From IMG/VR virus record IMGVR_UViG_3300022198_000005: 64,000 nt of DNA; one strand, 5' to 3'. Below the pieces are notes generated by a model that made no database searches, had not been told where the DNA came from, and saw only the letters and a program-made list of their open reading frames with translations. This document shows positions 1 through 9,638 of this stretch, piece after piece. The translations under genes were made by a program, and so were the position numbers. Source of the stretch: an uncultured virus (IMG/VR IMGVR_UViG_3300022198_000005) (taxonomy: Duplodnaviria > Heunggongvirae > Uroviricota > Caudoviricetes). Every line of letters starts with the position of its first letter. The first letter of the stretch is position 1.

Positions 1-240
1 CTCAAGGCCAGCCTCTTGAGCTATCACATACTTGGCCTCCCAGACGCTGCCACATGCCTCCTGGTTGACCTTGATGGACTTGCTTGATGACACCTTTACG
101 GTGATGTTGCCTGACCTTAGGTCAGTGCTTTCTGAGGTCCTGGACTTCTCTGCCACAATCCCTGTGCAGAAGAAGAGAGTGTCACGTAGTTCGTCAGAGA
201 TTATTTTTCTCAAGAAGTAAATGTTTGCCCGTCTCTTCAT
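1..240 (-). CDS. Hypothetical protein, partial (runs off the left edge)
   Basis: Manually translated open frame from ATG at 240 (MKRRANIYFLRK...EAGLE) to position 1 with no stop. Confidence 0.55.
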   Translation of the reverse strand, partial: MKRRANIYFLRKIISDELRDTLFFCTGIVAEKSRTSESTDLRSGNITVKVSSSKSIKVNQEACGSVWEAKYVIAQEAGLE

Positions 241-391
241 AAAGTCTCCATTGTATATCAATAAACGGTTTGTTTGCCCTATAGTACGCGTCAGCTGAAG
301 GAAATCCAGCTACGCCTACGGCTTCTCTCTCATCTCTATTCATCCAATAAAGCTGTTCTACAAAAGTTTGAAAGTTGATCTTATCTTGCAT
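194..391 (-). CDS. Hypothetical protein
   Basis: 65-aa ORF packed between co-oriented neighbours. Confidence 0.55.
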   Translation of the reverse strand: MQDKINFQTFVEQLYWMNRDEREAVGVAGFPSADAYYRANKPFIDIQWRLYEETGKHLLLEKNNL

Positions 392-782
392 GATACGCCT
401 TTAGCAGTTCTTCTTGTTTCTGATAGGCCTCTCGCTCCCACGGAGGATACATGTCATCATCAGGCCAAACTTCTTTCATCCATACACTCGATTCATCTTC
501 TTGTATAAGTTCTGAACGGCAGTACTGCTTGACGTGCACCATCTCATGCAAGATACAAGTGATGAGATCATCGTCTTTCATCTTATGATCGATCTCGATC
601 TCGAACATATCTTTATCAATGTGAAGGCAATATCCTTCAGCGCCATCTACGTTCTTATAGGTAAATTCAATGAACAGTTCTTTCTTTCGAGGCATCAGCT
701 TTTTCAATGCAAAGGCTGCTACATCGATCGTAAGCTTTCGCTTCTTTTCTGACCGAGCACCACGTACGGTAAGGTCAATCAT
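381..782 (-). CDS. HEXXH zinc metallopeptidase-like protein
   Basis: LHEMVH motif plus downstream PWERE third-ligand motif. Confidence 0.7.
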   Translation of the reverse strand: MIDLTVRGARSEKKRKLTIDVAAFALKKLMPRKKELFIEFTYKNVDGAEGYCLHIDKDMFEIEIDHKMKDDDLITCILHEMVHVKQYCRSELIQEDESSVWMKEVWPDDDMYPPWEREAYQKQEELLKAYHAR

Positions 783-1447
783 ACTTTACTCCTTGCATTC
801 GCCATGATGCGATAGTATTTAATCCACTGTTCAGGAGTTTTGATCGTCTTGTTGATGGTCATCTTCAAACCAGCTTCCTTAAAGCATGCCTTCAACTTGG
901 CACCAGCTTCCTTTGAGATGAACTTAGAGATTAGCTTGACATGAGCTTGTCTAAACTCAGTGTCATGCCTATTCGAGGTGGTAGCCGCATGAGCCAACTC
1001 ATGCAAGAGGATTAGCTTGTTTAAGCCATGCTTTCTCTGTAGCTTTATCATAGCTGGATCCCCACCCCACCGATCATAGTAAACGCCGGTGTACTTACAA
1101 TCTCTTCGTAAGTATTTGATAGGGATAGTCTTTAGGTTTCGATTGTCATGGCGCTTAGGGCATATCTTTTTCCACAATGTGGAATTTAAGACCATGTCAG
1201 CATAGGCCTGGGCCTCTTCTAGCGATTCGAATTTATTCTCTTCAAGAAGAAGGTAATCGCGTTCCATGATACCTTCAGCTGCATACACTCTTTCGCGTTG
1301 AGTGTCTTTATACGAAGGTGCTCCATTACGTGCGATCGCAGCCTTACGCTTATACACGTAATCTTGGTATTTTTTCGCTTCGACAGAACTTAACCCAGCC
1401 TTAATGGCTTGAGTAAATTCGTCTGACTGCAACACATACCTGTACAT
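779..1447 (-). CDS. HEXXH zinc metallopeptidase-like protein (SprT/zincin-like)
   Basis: LLHELAH followed by H-x3-F (RHDTEF). Confidence 0.65.
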   Translation of the reverse strand: MYRYVLQSDEFTQAIKAGLSSVEAKKYQDYVYKRKAAIARNGAPSYKDTQRERVYAAEGIMERDYLLLEENKFESLEEAQAYADMVLNSTLWKKICPKRHDNRNLKTIPIKYLRRDCKYTGVYYDRWGGDPAMIKLQRKHGLNKLILLHELAHAATTSNRHDTEFRQAHVKLISKFISKEAGAKLKACFKEAGLKMTINKTIKTPEQWIKYYRIMANARSKV

Positions 1448-1480
1448 GTCCGCCTTTCATTGAGTTTTTCAATATGGCTC

Positions 1481-1509
1481 ATTATACAGTATCCAGGCCC
1501 AAAAGTAAA
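1481..1509 (-). promoter_or_regulatory. Sigma70-like early promoter
   Basis: TTTACT-N17-TATAAT on the minus strand upstream of the 1447 start. Confidence 0.65.
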
Positions 1510-1538
1510 TAGGCCAAAGGTTCTATAGTATTTATGTA

Positions 1539-2243
1539 TTACTTTTTAGGCATCTGTACCAAGTTCATCTGGGGGCGGGCATAGACTTTGATGTTCACAT
1601 TCTCGCCAACAGGGAACTTGACATTGTCATGGATATGGTGTAAGACGAAATTTACGTTTGGAAACTCAGCAAACATAGATTGCCAAATAGGTCTCCAATT
1701 CCCATTTAATTTGACATTCTGAGGAGCATTACGATCTGAGTTCATATAGAAGTCTGAAGATGATCTTAGGTTCATGTCAAAGATAGAGTCAAACCCATAT
1801 AAGTTGATCTCTGTTGGGTTGAACTTATTCAATGCGTAATAGGTCGCCATATGGCCACAGTTAAAATCTGTGTAGTTGGCAACATAGTTAGGCTTTTTCG
1901 TAAAGAACTCTTTGATCTGACCAGCACGCTTCATGTGAAACATTGGGTTGTTTTCCATGAAGATCTTAGGACGCCAACCGAGTACCCATTCTCCAGGCAC
2001 ATCGATCTCTCCTCTGGCGATCGCCATCATCATCTTAAAGTCAACGATACATGATGCGTATGCATCTCTCACTGGGAACGGAGGCAAGTTACATGTGAGC
2101 TTCAATCCTTTTCGATTGTTTTGGATTCTACCATCGCTCTTCATTTGGTTTTCAACGGACTTCACATTACCAGTCCATTGAGTAACTACATTATATAGCT
2201 GAGCTTGGTCTCCATTACCAATGATATGAATCACCCTATCCAT
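1539..2243 (-). CDS. Putative glycosyltransferase-like protein (sialyltransferase/MAF-like Rossmann fold)
   Basis: IHIIGNG N-terminal motif, CN motif, GHMA...INLYGFD; last gene of the glycan operon. Confidence 0.45.
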   Translation of the reverse strand: MDRVIHIIGNGDQAQLYNVVTQWTGNVKSVENQMKSDGRIQNNRKGLKLTCNLPPFPVRDAYASCIVDFKMMMAIARGEIDVPGEWVLGWRPKIFMENNPMFHMKRAGQIKEFFTKKPNYVANYTDFNCGHMATYYALNKFNPTEINLYGFDSIFDMNLRSSSDFYMNSDRNAPQNVKLNGNWRPIWQSMFAEFPNVNFVLHHIHDNVKFPVGENVNIKVYARPQMNLVQMPKK

Positions 2244-2244
2244 A

Positions 2245-2928
2245 TTATCCCCAATATTCCTTAATCCAATCTGATGGTTTGTATGTATTCATAGGAGTAA
2301 CGACAGTCTCTGTCATTGCTTGTATGATGCTTGGTCTACCATGAAAACATACGATAGAAGTTTCTTCTGATGGTCTATTACCATAGACCTGATACTTATA
2401 CGACTTTAATTTACCTGGAAAGACTCTCTGTAATAGTTCACGAGAAGTAGAAGGCATCATCTCATTCAAGTATTCACCGTCTCCTCTGAGTTGTTGCATG
2501 ACTTCAGGTTGGGCTTTAAAGTGTTCCCATATATGCTTGTTAAACGAGTAGTTCCACTTCATCACGCCAGATTGAAAACGACCTTTGAGGTGTGGCTGAT
2601 GTACGTTCACACTACCGAGGTCTTCAATGCCCATGAACATGGTGTCATAGTTCATCAACCAGTCGATGTTACCCGTGATGAGAGTATCGAGGTCGAAATA
2701 GACCACGTCTTTACGTAATCCATGCTCGGTGTTGAATAGCTGTAGCTTATTCCACCATCCATTATATCCTTTCTCAAGGATACGAGTCTTCACACCATCA
2801 ATAGGTCTATCACTAAAACATACGAACTCATGAAGAGCGGTCGTGTTCCTTGCGACCATGCTCTTTAAGTTGTGAACATAGTCTACACTAAACTTATCGC
2901 CCCAATAAACACATACTACACTTATCAT
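2245..2928 (-). CDS. GT-A glycosyltransferase
   Basis: VVCVYWGDKF, WWNKLQLF, DLD (DxD), SGVM, GDGE, VCFHGRP motifs. Confidence 0.75.
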   Translation of the reverse strand: MISVVCVYWGDKFSVDYVHNLKSMVARNTTALHEFVCFSDRPIDGVKTRILEKGYNGWWNKLQLFNTEHGLRKDVVYFDLDTLITGNIDWLMNYDTMFMGIEDLGSVNVHQPHLKGRFQSGVMKWNYSFNKHIWEHFKAQPEVMQQLRGDGEYLNEMMPSTSRELLQRVFPGKLKSYKYQVYGNRPSEETSIVCFHGRPSIIQAMTETVVTPMNTYKPSDWIKEYWG

Positions 2929-3572
2929 ACGATCTGATACTTCTCTTTTACATAACCATGTTTAGCTTGACACCCGCGCTCAGCTTGGATAGTCGTAAAG
3001 TTATCTATCACTTCAACCGGCCAAGGATAAAACTCTTCTAGCCATGGGAAACTCGTCTTATGAAGGAACACGTCTGTAGGTGCAGCAATGATCTTTGCTG
3101 CCTCAATCAACTTCTCAGCGCCTCTTGGTTTTACCATATACGCATGAGCTCCAGGAAAATAAGCCTTAGAGAACAAAGGGTTTATTCCAAGAGACATCGA
3201 TACGTTATAGTTACCATAAGATGGTTTGCCTATGTTCATCACTCGATTGAAAGGAGCGTTGACTGGCACTTCGCCTACGACGACCGCATCATGTTCAAAG
3301 ATGATGAGTGGTTCGTCAGTAGCACAACAATACATCCATAGATCATGATGAGACAAGAATGCAGACAGACAGTTGAGGTAACGAGAATACTGGTTTTGAA
3401 ACTTATCTGTAGGAATACCCAAGTCAGAAGCGATACTTTCAGGATCATCCTTCGGCGTGATCGCTGGATGCATGTCACATGTTAGACCATGAGAGTTTGC
3501 TGATCTGATGCACCGCTGAGCTGCTGCCTTTGAGCGTTCATTATCTAAGATGGTGATTACATACGATTTCAT
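2925..3572 (-). CDS. Family 25-like glycosyltransferase
   Basis: AFLSHHDLW...IIFEHDA...GAHAYMVKP-GA, D-x-F pattern. Confidence 0.75.
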   Translation of the reverse strand: MKSYVITILDNERSKAAAQRCIRSANSHGLTCDMHPAITPKDDPESIASDLGIPTDKFQNQYSRYLNCLSAFLSHHDLWMYCCATDEPLIIFEHDAVVVGEVPVNAPFNRVMNIGKPSYGNYNVSMSLGINPLFSKAYFPGAHAYMVKPRGAEKLIEAAKIIAAPTDVFLHKTSFPWLEEFYPWPVEVIDNFTTIQAERGCQAKHGYVKEKYQIV

Positions 3573-4264
3573 AGTGTTGTAGTACTAGGCAAACCTTGTG
3601 TCTTTGTATAATAAGTCTTTGTCACTCCTAAGAAGTCAAAGTTTTGTTTACACATCAATGCATCGTTTGGCCAAGCGCCGATCTCCTTTACTTTATCTAT
3701 TAGCTGAACTGCAGCCCATGGTTTGATCAAGTAGGCAGAGTTTCCTGCAAGTCCTTGAGGTACGTTAAAATCGTCAACAGTTGGTACAAGAGATAGTTCA
3801 GTCATCGAAGACTGTAGCTCTGTATGAAATACACTGGACCTACGCGTAGCTCCTCTCGGATCATTTAAGCCAATACAACCGAATGATGAGTCAAGCAAAG
3901 GTTGTACGTCTAACTTCTTCAACCATATCGCATCGTGTTCAAGCACGATGATAGGTTCATCAGATTCTGCGCAGAAATGCCACAACATATAGTGAGAACA
4001 AAAGCAAGCGATCCTTCTCATACGATCGTTCGTCTTATAAGGAGTTAACACTAAACCGGTCTTTAAGTGGTATTCAGGTTGAAACCATGGATAAGTCCAT
4101 ACGAGGTTATGCTTAGCGATGACGCGTGGAGCAGTATCTCCTGTGATAGCTTCAAACATGATAGCATCAAACTCATTACCTACTTTAGCATGAGACTCGA
4201 TACAACGTTTGGTACCAAAGGTTGATACGTCGTTCTTAGACATCGTAATGATTAAAGATTTCAT
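3569..4264 (-). CDS. Family 25-like glycosyltransferase
   Basis: ACFCSHYMLW...IVLEHDA...GNSAYLIKP; start set at ATG 4264 (ATGA overlap with upstream stop). Confidence 0.75.
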   Translation of the reverse strand: MKSLIITMSKNDVSTFGTKRCIESHAKVGNEFDAIMFEAITGDTAPRVIAKHNLVWTYPWFQPEYHLKTGLVLTPYKTNDRMRRIACFCSHYMLWHFCAESDEPIIVLEHDAIWLKKLDVQPLLDSSFGCIGLNDPRGATRRSSVFHTELQSSMTELSLVPTVDDFNVPQGLAGNSAYLIKPWAAVQLIDKVKEIGAWPNDALMCKQNFDFLGVTKTYYTKTQGLPSTTTL

Positions 4265-5040
4265 CTTGCTATGTAGGCTCCGCCGTGTACACTTGTATGT
4301 ATAGATCCTCCATAAGGCTCGCTCATGACCTGCCACCATCCCCACTCAGCTGGCAACAGGTTCTTCTCTTCATGTAAGATCTTTGCCTTTCCTGGATCAA
4401 AAGCTCCAGGTGCATGAAATATTAAGATGTCTGGCATATAATGATACCAGTCATCATAAGTCGGGAATATCTTTGAAGATCGAATATGATCGTGTGTAGT
4501 ATGATCTATGTTTTTACTTAACTGAATAAAATCATGTAAGGTATGGCCTCGATTCGAGCGAGTCATGAACCCAACTGGTCCTTGCTCTAGCGCAACCTTT
4601 GTCCAAGGAGTAAAGTCAACAAGCGTAGAGACTCCGGTGTCCCATCTTGCCCGAATGTACATGTCGTAGTCTTGCGGCACCTTTGATATGAGGTCTGCAT
4701 ATCCAAGGATCTGCTTACTTGCGTGGGCTGTCTTTCCTCTGAGTATCGTATACTCTTGGAACTGGATGTTGCGCTTATAGTCTACAAACTTACCATGCTT
4801 ACAAGTAGAGTCTTCAACGTCTGCGATAGGATGATAGTCAAGCTTTGGTTCTGGACACGTATACAGTCGGCTATGATACTGTAATGGTATTGTTTGGATC
4901 TTATCTTCCCACGTATGATAGAAAAAATCTAGCACGGCAAAGCGGCCAAAAGCCAACTTCATGGCTCTCAGCAAATCTTCTGGGTTCGGATTTACATAAT
5001 CACGATATAGTCCGTTGATACAGACTGCAACTCTCATCAA
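4261..5040 (-). CDS. Putative glycosyltransferase-like protein
   Basis: RVAVCINGLYR...HTW...YDMYIRARWD pattern; inside the glycan operon. Confidence 0.45.
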   Translation of the reverse strand: MMRVAVCINGLYRDYVNPNPEDLLRAMKLAFGRFAVLDFFYHTWEDKIQTIPLQYHSRLYTCPEPKLDYHPIADVEDSTCKHGKFVDYKRNIQFQEYTILRGKTAHASKQILGYADLISKVPQDYDMYIRARWDTGVSTLVDFTPWTKVALEQGPVGFMTRSNRGHTLHDFIQLSKNIDHTTHDHIRSSKIFPTYDDWYHYMPDILIFHAPGAFDPGKAKILHEEKNLLPAEWGWWQVMSEPYGGSIHTSVHGGAYIAR

Positions 5041-5756
5041 AACTTTCCTATGTTATCCCACCATTCAGAAGCTTTCAACTCGTCGAGTTCAGAAGGAGTT
5101 CCCATTCCCAACATCTGATCGATATGATATGTGCCGATAGGCTCTTCGATATAGTTATACGTTGGAGCGAGATAGAACTCATTATTGGTACGATCATCTG
5201 CCGCGATCATAGACTCAGCTGCTGTTCTAAACTGTTTCTCAGATCTAAAGTAATAGACTCCAACTGTGGCGATGTTAGAGATCTTCTCTTTCTCTGCGAT
5301 ACGTACTACATGACCATTTTCATCAAGTAGTGCATATGAGTGTTTAGGCTCTTCTGTCTTTGGAGTAAACGTAAGGACGGTACCACCAGCATACAGATGT
5401 CGTTTATTATAAAAGTCGAAAGGTTTCCATACCATCAGTTGATCAGAGTTCGCGATCAAAAGATCATCATCACTATTGCCTATAGCTTCTAACACTGTGC
5501 ATGCTGCACCTTCTGTCGGGCCTGGTAAAATTATTACCTTTGCACCAGGTTGCCAACTCAAGATCTCTTTACGAAGTCCAAACTGTTCTTCGTGATCTCG
5601 TCTGATCACATACACCAAAGAAGTAGCTATCTTGATGTTACGCGTGACTTGCAAGAACATAGGAAACCCTTGAATATCAAGCAAGGGTTTGGGTAAAAGG
5701 TAACCAGCGTCAAAGAACCTTTGACTGTTACCGCACATTGGAATAACGACTTTCAT
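5037..5756 (-). CDS. Sugar-phosphate nucleotidyltransferase
   Basis: IPMCGNSQRF...PKPLL, NSDQ, IAEK, VGVYYF, EFY, GTP motifs. Confidence 0.8.
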   Translation of the reverse strand: MKVVIPMCGNSQRFFDAGYLLPKPLLDIQGFPMFLQVTRNIKIATSLVYVIRRDHEEQFGLRKEILSWQPGAKVIILPGPTEGAACTVLEAIGNSDDDLLIANSDQLMVWKPFDFYNKRHLYAGGTVLTFTPKTEEPKHSYALLDENGHVVRIAEKEKISNIATVGVYYFRSEKQFRTAAESMIAADDRTNNEFYLAPTYNYIEEPIGTYHIDQMLGMGTPSELDELKASEWWDNIGKF

Positions 5757-5765
5757 TAAAGCTCC

Positions 5766-6836
5766 TTACATGATTGGTGTATCAAGGCTCTTACGCATCT
5801 CGTACACCTTATCGTAGATCGATTCACCAGTATGTAACCAACCGCCGATGTTTGCTAGCCAATCATTTCCTATCATGCCACGTATCTCGCGAGCTGCTTG
5901 CGGGTTCATACCACAAGAGAGCGCAGGAACTCGATCGTTTGATACACAGATCGACATGGCTTTCAACGTCTCTTCTTCAGACTCGCCTTCAGGGTAATAA
6001 CCACCTAACATGCCAACGTGCATCGTATCGATACCAGCCATCACACCTAACTTCACGAGTACAGGCCATGCGATAGAGAAACGATTACCGGGATCGGTCA
6101 AGATTCGAATACCTGAACGTTGGTAGTGAGTGATCAAGCCCTTTTGCCGACTTGCTGTATAAGCGCCTAAGCCTGACCAGAAGTTGATGTGTACACAATC
6201 ACCGCCATGTTGAGACACGTCTGATAGGTTATTGATGAGTTCGATCGGGTCAGCATTCACACAATATGAATACACAACTTTTGAGTTCTTCTTTGAGATC
6301 AACTCGCTCACAGCACGGACACGAACAGAAAGAGGCAGATAATTATTATCAGCCATGATCTCATCTTCTTTGATGAAGTCAGTACCTCCATCGATCATCT
6401 GCTCTACAATGTTCAGTAATTGCTCTTTCGTCAGGCCTGACTTTGGCTTTACGATAGAACCAAACAATGGCCGATTCTGCGCGTCACACCGTTCTTTCAT
6501 ACCTTTCAGTCCAAGCATAGGCTCATACATGTAAGGTAACCCTTCGATGTCAAGCACTCGACAACGCTTGACAAGATCAATATCTGACTGTCCGCCTTGG
6601 ATCACGCATAGAAGCTGAGAGATATTGGGCCAAGTCCATGCTTTCAACGGGTACTTGATCTTTACGATGTTACCGTCGATCGAGTCAACAATGGCTTCCA
6701 TCTCTTTGATGTTTTCGGACATCTCGATCTCAGATCGAATGTTTGGGTTGCCGATACTTTGGCCAATGGCGATGTTATGCGCTACCTTCGCAATGTCATC
6801 ACCTTCTACTTCATAGGTTACTGTATAGTAAGTCAT
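5766..6836 (-). CDS. RuBisCO-like protein (form IV RLP)
   Basis: RPLFGSIVKPKSGL, GGTDFIKEDE (KxDE metal/carbamate motif), PALSCGM, NIGG; lacks His294 and loop-6 Lys334 equivalents. Confidence 0.85.
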   Translation of the reverse strand: MTYYTVTYEVEGDDIAKVAHNIAIGQSIGNPNIRSEIEMSENIKEMEAIVDSIDGNIVKIKYPLKAWTWPNISQLLCVIQGGQSDIDLVKRCRVLDIEGLPYMYEPMLGLKGMKERCDAQNRPLFGSIVKPKSGLTKEQLLNIVEQMIDGGTDFIKEDEIMADNNYLPLSVRVRAVSELISKKNSKVVYSYCVNADPIELINNLSDVSQHGGDCVHINFWSGLGAYTASRQKGLITHYQRSGIRILTDPGNRFSIAWPVLVKLGVMAGIDTMHVGMLGGYYPEGESEEETLKAMSICVSNDRVPALSCGMNPQAAREIRGMIGNDWLANIGGWLHTGESIYDKVYEMRKSLDTPIM

Positions 6837-7279
6837 TCTTTGCCTAAATAGTCTGTTACGACTCCCACAAACTCATATTTGCGGCAGTCTTCGATGGTCC
6901 AGTGTGATAGTTCAGGCATCACAGCGATACTGTTCTGCCCGGCGGGGAGGCGGCCTGGATAACACCACACGTACCCCTTTCTGGTATATGTATATGGCTC
7001 TTGATCATGCCAAAAGACATCAGCAACGAGTTTCATCTCATTGAGTCTTATGTATGCTGGACCATTCTTTGCATGGATGAAGAACCTATCGTTCTCTAAC
7101 CACTCGTTCTTTACTGCCCATTGCGGACCATCATGACCAGTATAAAACTGACCAAGATGATACCATACATCAACCTCTACGCCATCAGCAAGCTGAAGCG
7201 CATCTTCAACATACTTCGGTTCGTTCTCATACTTTAGACCGATGCCATGGGTGTTACCACGATGCGAAATCAACATCAT
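6833..7279 (-). CDS. Glycerophosphodiester phosphodiesterase-like small protein
   Basis: LISHRGN...ENEP...VEVDV...GHD...GVVTD motifs. Confidence 0.65.
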   Translation of the reverse strand: MMLISHRGNTHGIGLKYENEPKYVEDALQLADGVEVDVWYHLGQFYTGHDGPQWAVKNEWLENDRFFIHAKNGPAYIRLNEMKLVADVFWHDQEPYTYTRKGYVWCYPGRLPAGQNSIAVMPELSHWTIEDCRKYEFVGVVTDYLGKE

Positions 7280-7890
7280 CGCGTCACCTTGAAGATATAA
7301 CTGTCTGGCTCGCCAGTCGTCTTACGATTGTCAAAGCGAGTGACGTTGTGTTTCTCAACAGTGGTCAAGAACTTCATCATCTTCATGATGTTATATTCTT
7401 CGTTGTGCCTTAATACCCAAGGATGATTCAGCTCTTGTTGAGTCATGATGTCAAGAGGAAAGACGTCTTCGATATAGTAGCTGCCATCTTCTTTGAGCAT
7501 AGGAAACATAAGGTCAAACGTTTCTCTGTTGGCATCAGGCGTATGTTTACCATCATCGATGATGATGTCAAATTTGATGTCTGGCCATGCATGATTCATC
7601 TTGTTTACAGTATGATACGACATGCTACTACCTTGAATCGCGCTGACTCGAGCCTCATTAATGATCTCAAGAGACAACATAGGCACTCGATCAAACAGGT
7701 CTATACAATAGATCTTTGCGTTTGGAAAGTACTCTAGCCATGCTTGAGTACTCGCGCCTTTAAAGATACCGATCTCAAGGATGTTCAGTTCTTCTTCGCG
7801 AATGGGTGCAAACTCTGGTTCATATACATCCTCATAAGAATGCTTATGACCTTTATCACATTCGTACTTGTCAAATAGTGCTCTTAACAT
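7276..7890 (-). CDS. Class I SAM-dependent (sugar O-)methyltransferase
   Basis: ILEIGIFKGAS, FDIIIDDGKH, YYIEDV. Confidence 0.8.
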   Translation of the reverse strand: MLRALFDKYECDKGHKHSYEDVYEPEFAPIREEELNILEIGIFKGASTQAWLEYFPNAKIYCIDLFDRVPMLSLEIINEARVSAIQGSSMSYHTVNKMNHAWPDIKFDIIIDDGKHTPDANRETFDLMFPMLKEDGSYYIEDVFPLDIMTQQELNHPWVLRHNEEYNIMKMMKFLTTVEKHNVTRFDNRKTTGEPDSYIFKVTR

Positions 7891-8681
7891 ATCTCTTCCA
7901 TCAATCTTTGTACGTTCTCACCTCGTTCTGGTAACAGATCTTTTAAGAAGAAGTGAACGAAGTGTGCTTCCTTGATCTTATCATCTCTTACACCTTTATA
8001 CAAAGCGTTCCATTTCCAATCAAGGTGTTGCTGTACCATCTTCTCTTTTCTCACCCAAGTATTTAGCAACGTTTGGTCTGTCGACCATTTCCATGGGCCT
8101 GCTCCGTCAACAAAGTCTTTAAACTCTGGACGCATGATAAATTCGCGAGGTGTTTCTCCTCGAAGGTAACGAGTGATGCCTTTATTCATCACCATCAACC
8201 CCATATTATAGAACTCAAATCCAAGCCCGTTCGGCGTAAAGTCTACTTTATTGTTATGAAGTTGACCATACTGCATACGAGAATAGTTGATGATCTTCTG
8301 AGCATACTGTTCAGTAATAGGCATCTCACGCTCTACCACACCAGCAAACTCTGTCTCAGGCTTTAACTCATCAAAGATGTTAGGTGCATCAGGACGAATG
8401 TAGATGTCTGCATCGACGATCGCGATCTGGTCTGCAGCATCAAAGTAATCGAACGCGTTTTCTTTTTCAAAGATAGGTAAGAAACCTCCGTGCTTCTCAT
8501 ACGACTCTTTACTTCGATTCGTAGAGAACACATCAGGCTTGATGCGTAATATTGGACTACGCTGAAGCGTATAGTCAATGCCATGCCTTGAACAGTATGC
8601 AGCTACTGATGCAGTGCAGTGATCGTATAGCTTGCTTGGTTTACCGACGTAAACCTGATATATCATTCTTCTCATTACCAA
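7884..8681 (-). CDS. GT-A glycosyltransferase (GT8/GT34-like)
   Basis: IVDADI (DxD), YNMGLMV, DQTLLN, WKWNA, FVHF. Confidence 0.75.
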   Translation of the reverse strand: MVMRRMIYQVYVGKPSKLYDHCTASVAAYCSRHGIDYTLQRSPILRIKPDVFSTNRSKESYEKHGGFLPIFEKENAFDYFDAADQIAIVDADIYIRPDAPNIFDELKPETEFAGVVEREMPITEQYAQKIINYSRMQYGQLHNNKVDFTPNGLGFEFYNMGLMVMNKGITRYLRGETPREFIMRPEFKDFVDGAGPWKWSTDQTLLNTWVRKEKMVQQHLDWKWNALYKGVRDDKIKEAHFVHFFLKDLLPERGENVQRLMEEIC

Positions 8682-8875
8682 CGCCCATCATCGATGATGA
8701 CTCGAATCCACACCGGACCGAGTGAGAGTTTGTTGTCGAACCAGTTATCAGATTCTGGCCACTCTTTTACTTTTGTTATATATTTAAATTCCCAGTGATA
8801 CGGGTTGAATACAAACCCAACCCAAATTCCTGAATACTTTAAATACTTAGTTATCGTCTTTATCATGTTCACCAT
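8675..8875 (-). CDS. Hypothetical protein
   Basis: 66-aa ORF, co-oriented and overlapping the next gene. Confidence 0.55.
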   Translation of the reverse strand: MVNMIKTITKYLKYSGIWVGFVFNPYHWEFKYITKVKEWPESDNWFDNKLSLGPVWIRVIIDDGRW

Positions 8876-8960
8876 ATTTTAGAGTGTAGTCAATCATCCA
8901 CCAAATAGCACACACGATCACGATAAGCATGCATACTAAGAATAGCATTATACCACTCCT

Positions 8961-9638
8961 CTAGTGTTTTGTAAATATACTTATACCCAGTTTAGATGTG
9001 ACCCCGACTTTTCGAAAATCACTTGCACAGTGGAGTTGTGTGCAGTCAAACATGATGGCGTCACCAGGCACCCATTCATGCATAGAATGTACTGATAAAC
9101 CTTCGAGCCACTTGTGTTTGATATGAGGCATGTATTCGTTATGATCTCGAAAGCTAACCATCTTTGATCTATTAATGCCTTCTACTTTGTCATACTGATA
9201 CAAACAATCGTTATAGTAGGTCTCGACTTCCTTCTCACCATTGAAGAACTTACTCGGCGGACCTTTGTAGTGCTGATCGAAGAAGATTAGTTTAGGATCT
9301 TCTGTCTTTTCACCAATGGTCTGTAATGGCAAGGTGATCGCTTTATATACCTTTGGCATCGACTTATGACCATCCGTATGGATGATGTGAGGAGTAGAAG
9401 TCATAAAGTGCATCGCATGGATGACTTCACACGGACCAATCTTTGACTTGATTCGTTCAAAGATATTGTGCATTAAGCCTGTTCCTGTACCAAGGTGAGG
9501 CGTAAGGTCAGTACATATGGGCCCGGTGTTCTTATGTACTTTAGGCATCCATTCGTACATACCTATCAGCCATCTGACTTCAATATCAGAGAGGAAAGAT
9601 TCGTACCTCAGTGGCGGTGTTGAAGCTTCGCTATGCAT
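8961..9638 (-). CDS. 2OG-Fe(II) oxygenase-like protein
   Basis: IHTDG (HxD)...GDAIMFDCTQLH...SK. Confidence 0.65.
   Translation of the reverse strand: MHSEASTPPLRYESFLSDIEVRWLIGMYEWMPKVHKNTGPICTDLTPHLGTGTGLMHNIFERIKSKIGPCEVIHAMHFMTSTPHIIHTDGHKSMPKVYKAITLPLQTIGEKTEDPKLIFFDQHYKGPPSKFFNGEKEVETYYNDCLYQYDKVEGINRSKMVSFRDHNEYMPHIKHKWLEGLSVHSMHEWVPGDAIMFDCTQLHCASDFRKVGVTSKLGISIFTKH

Noticed and set aside
5766..6836. CO2-fixing RuBisCO
   Set aside because: KEDE rather than KDDE, no His294 or loop-6 Lys equivalents, short length, no PRK or small subunit
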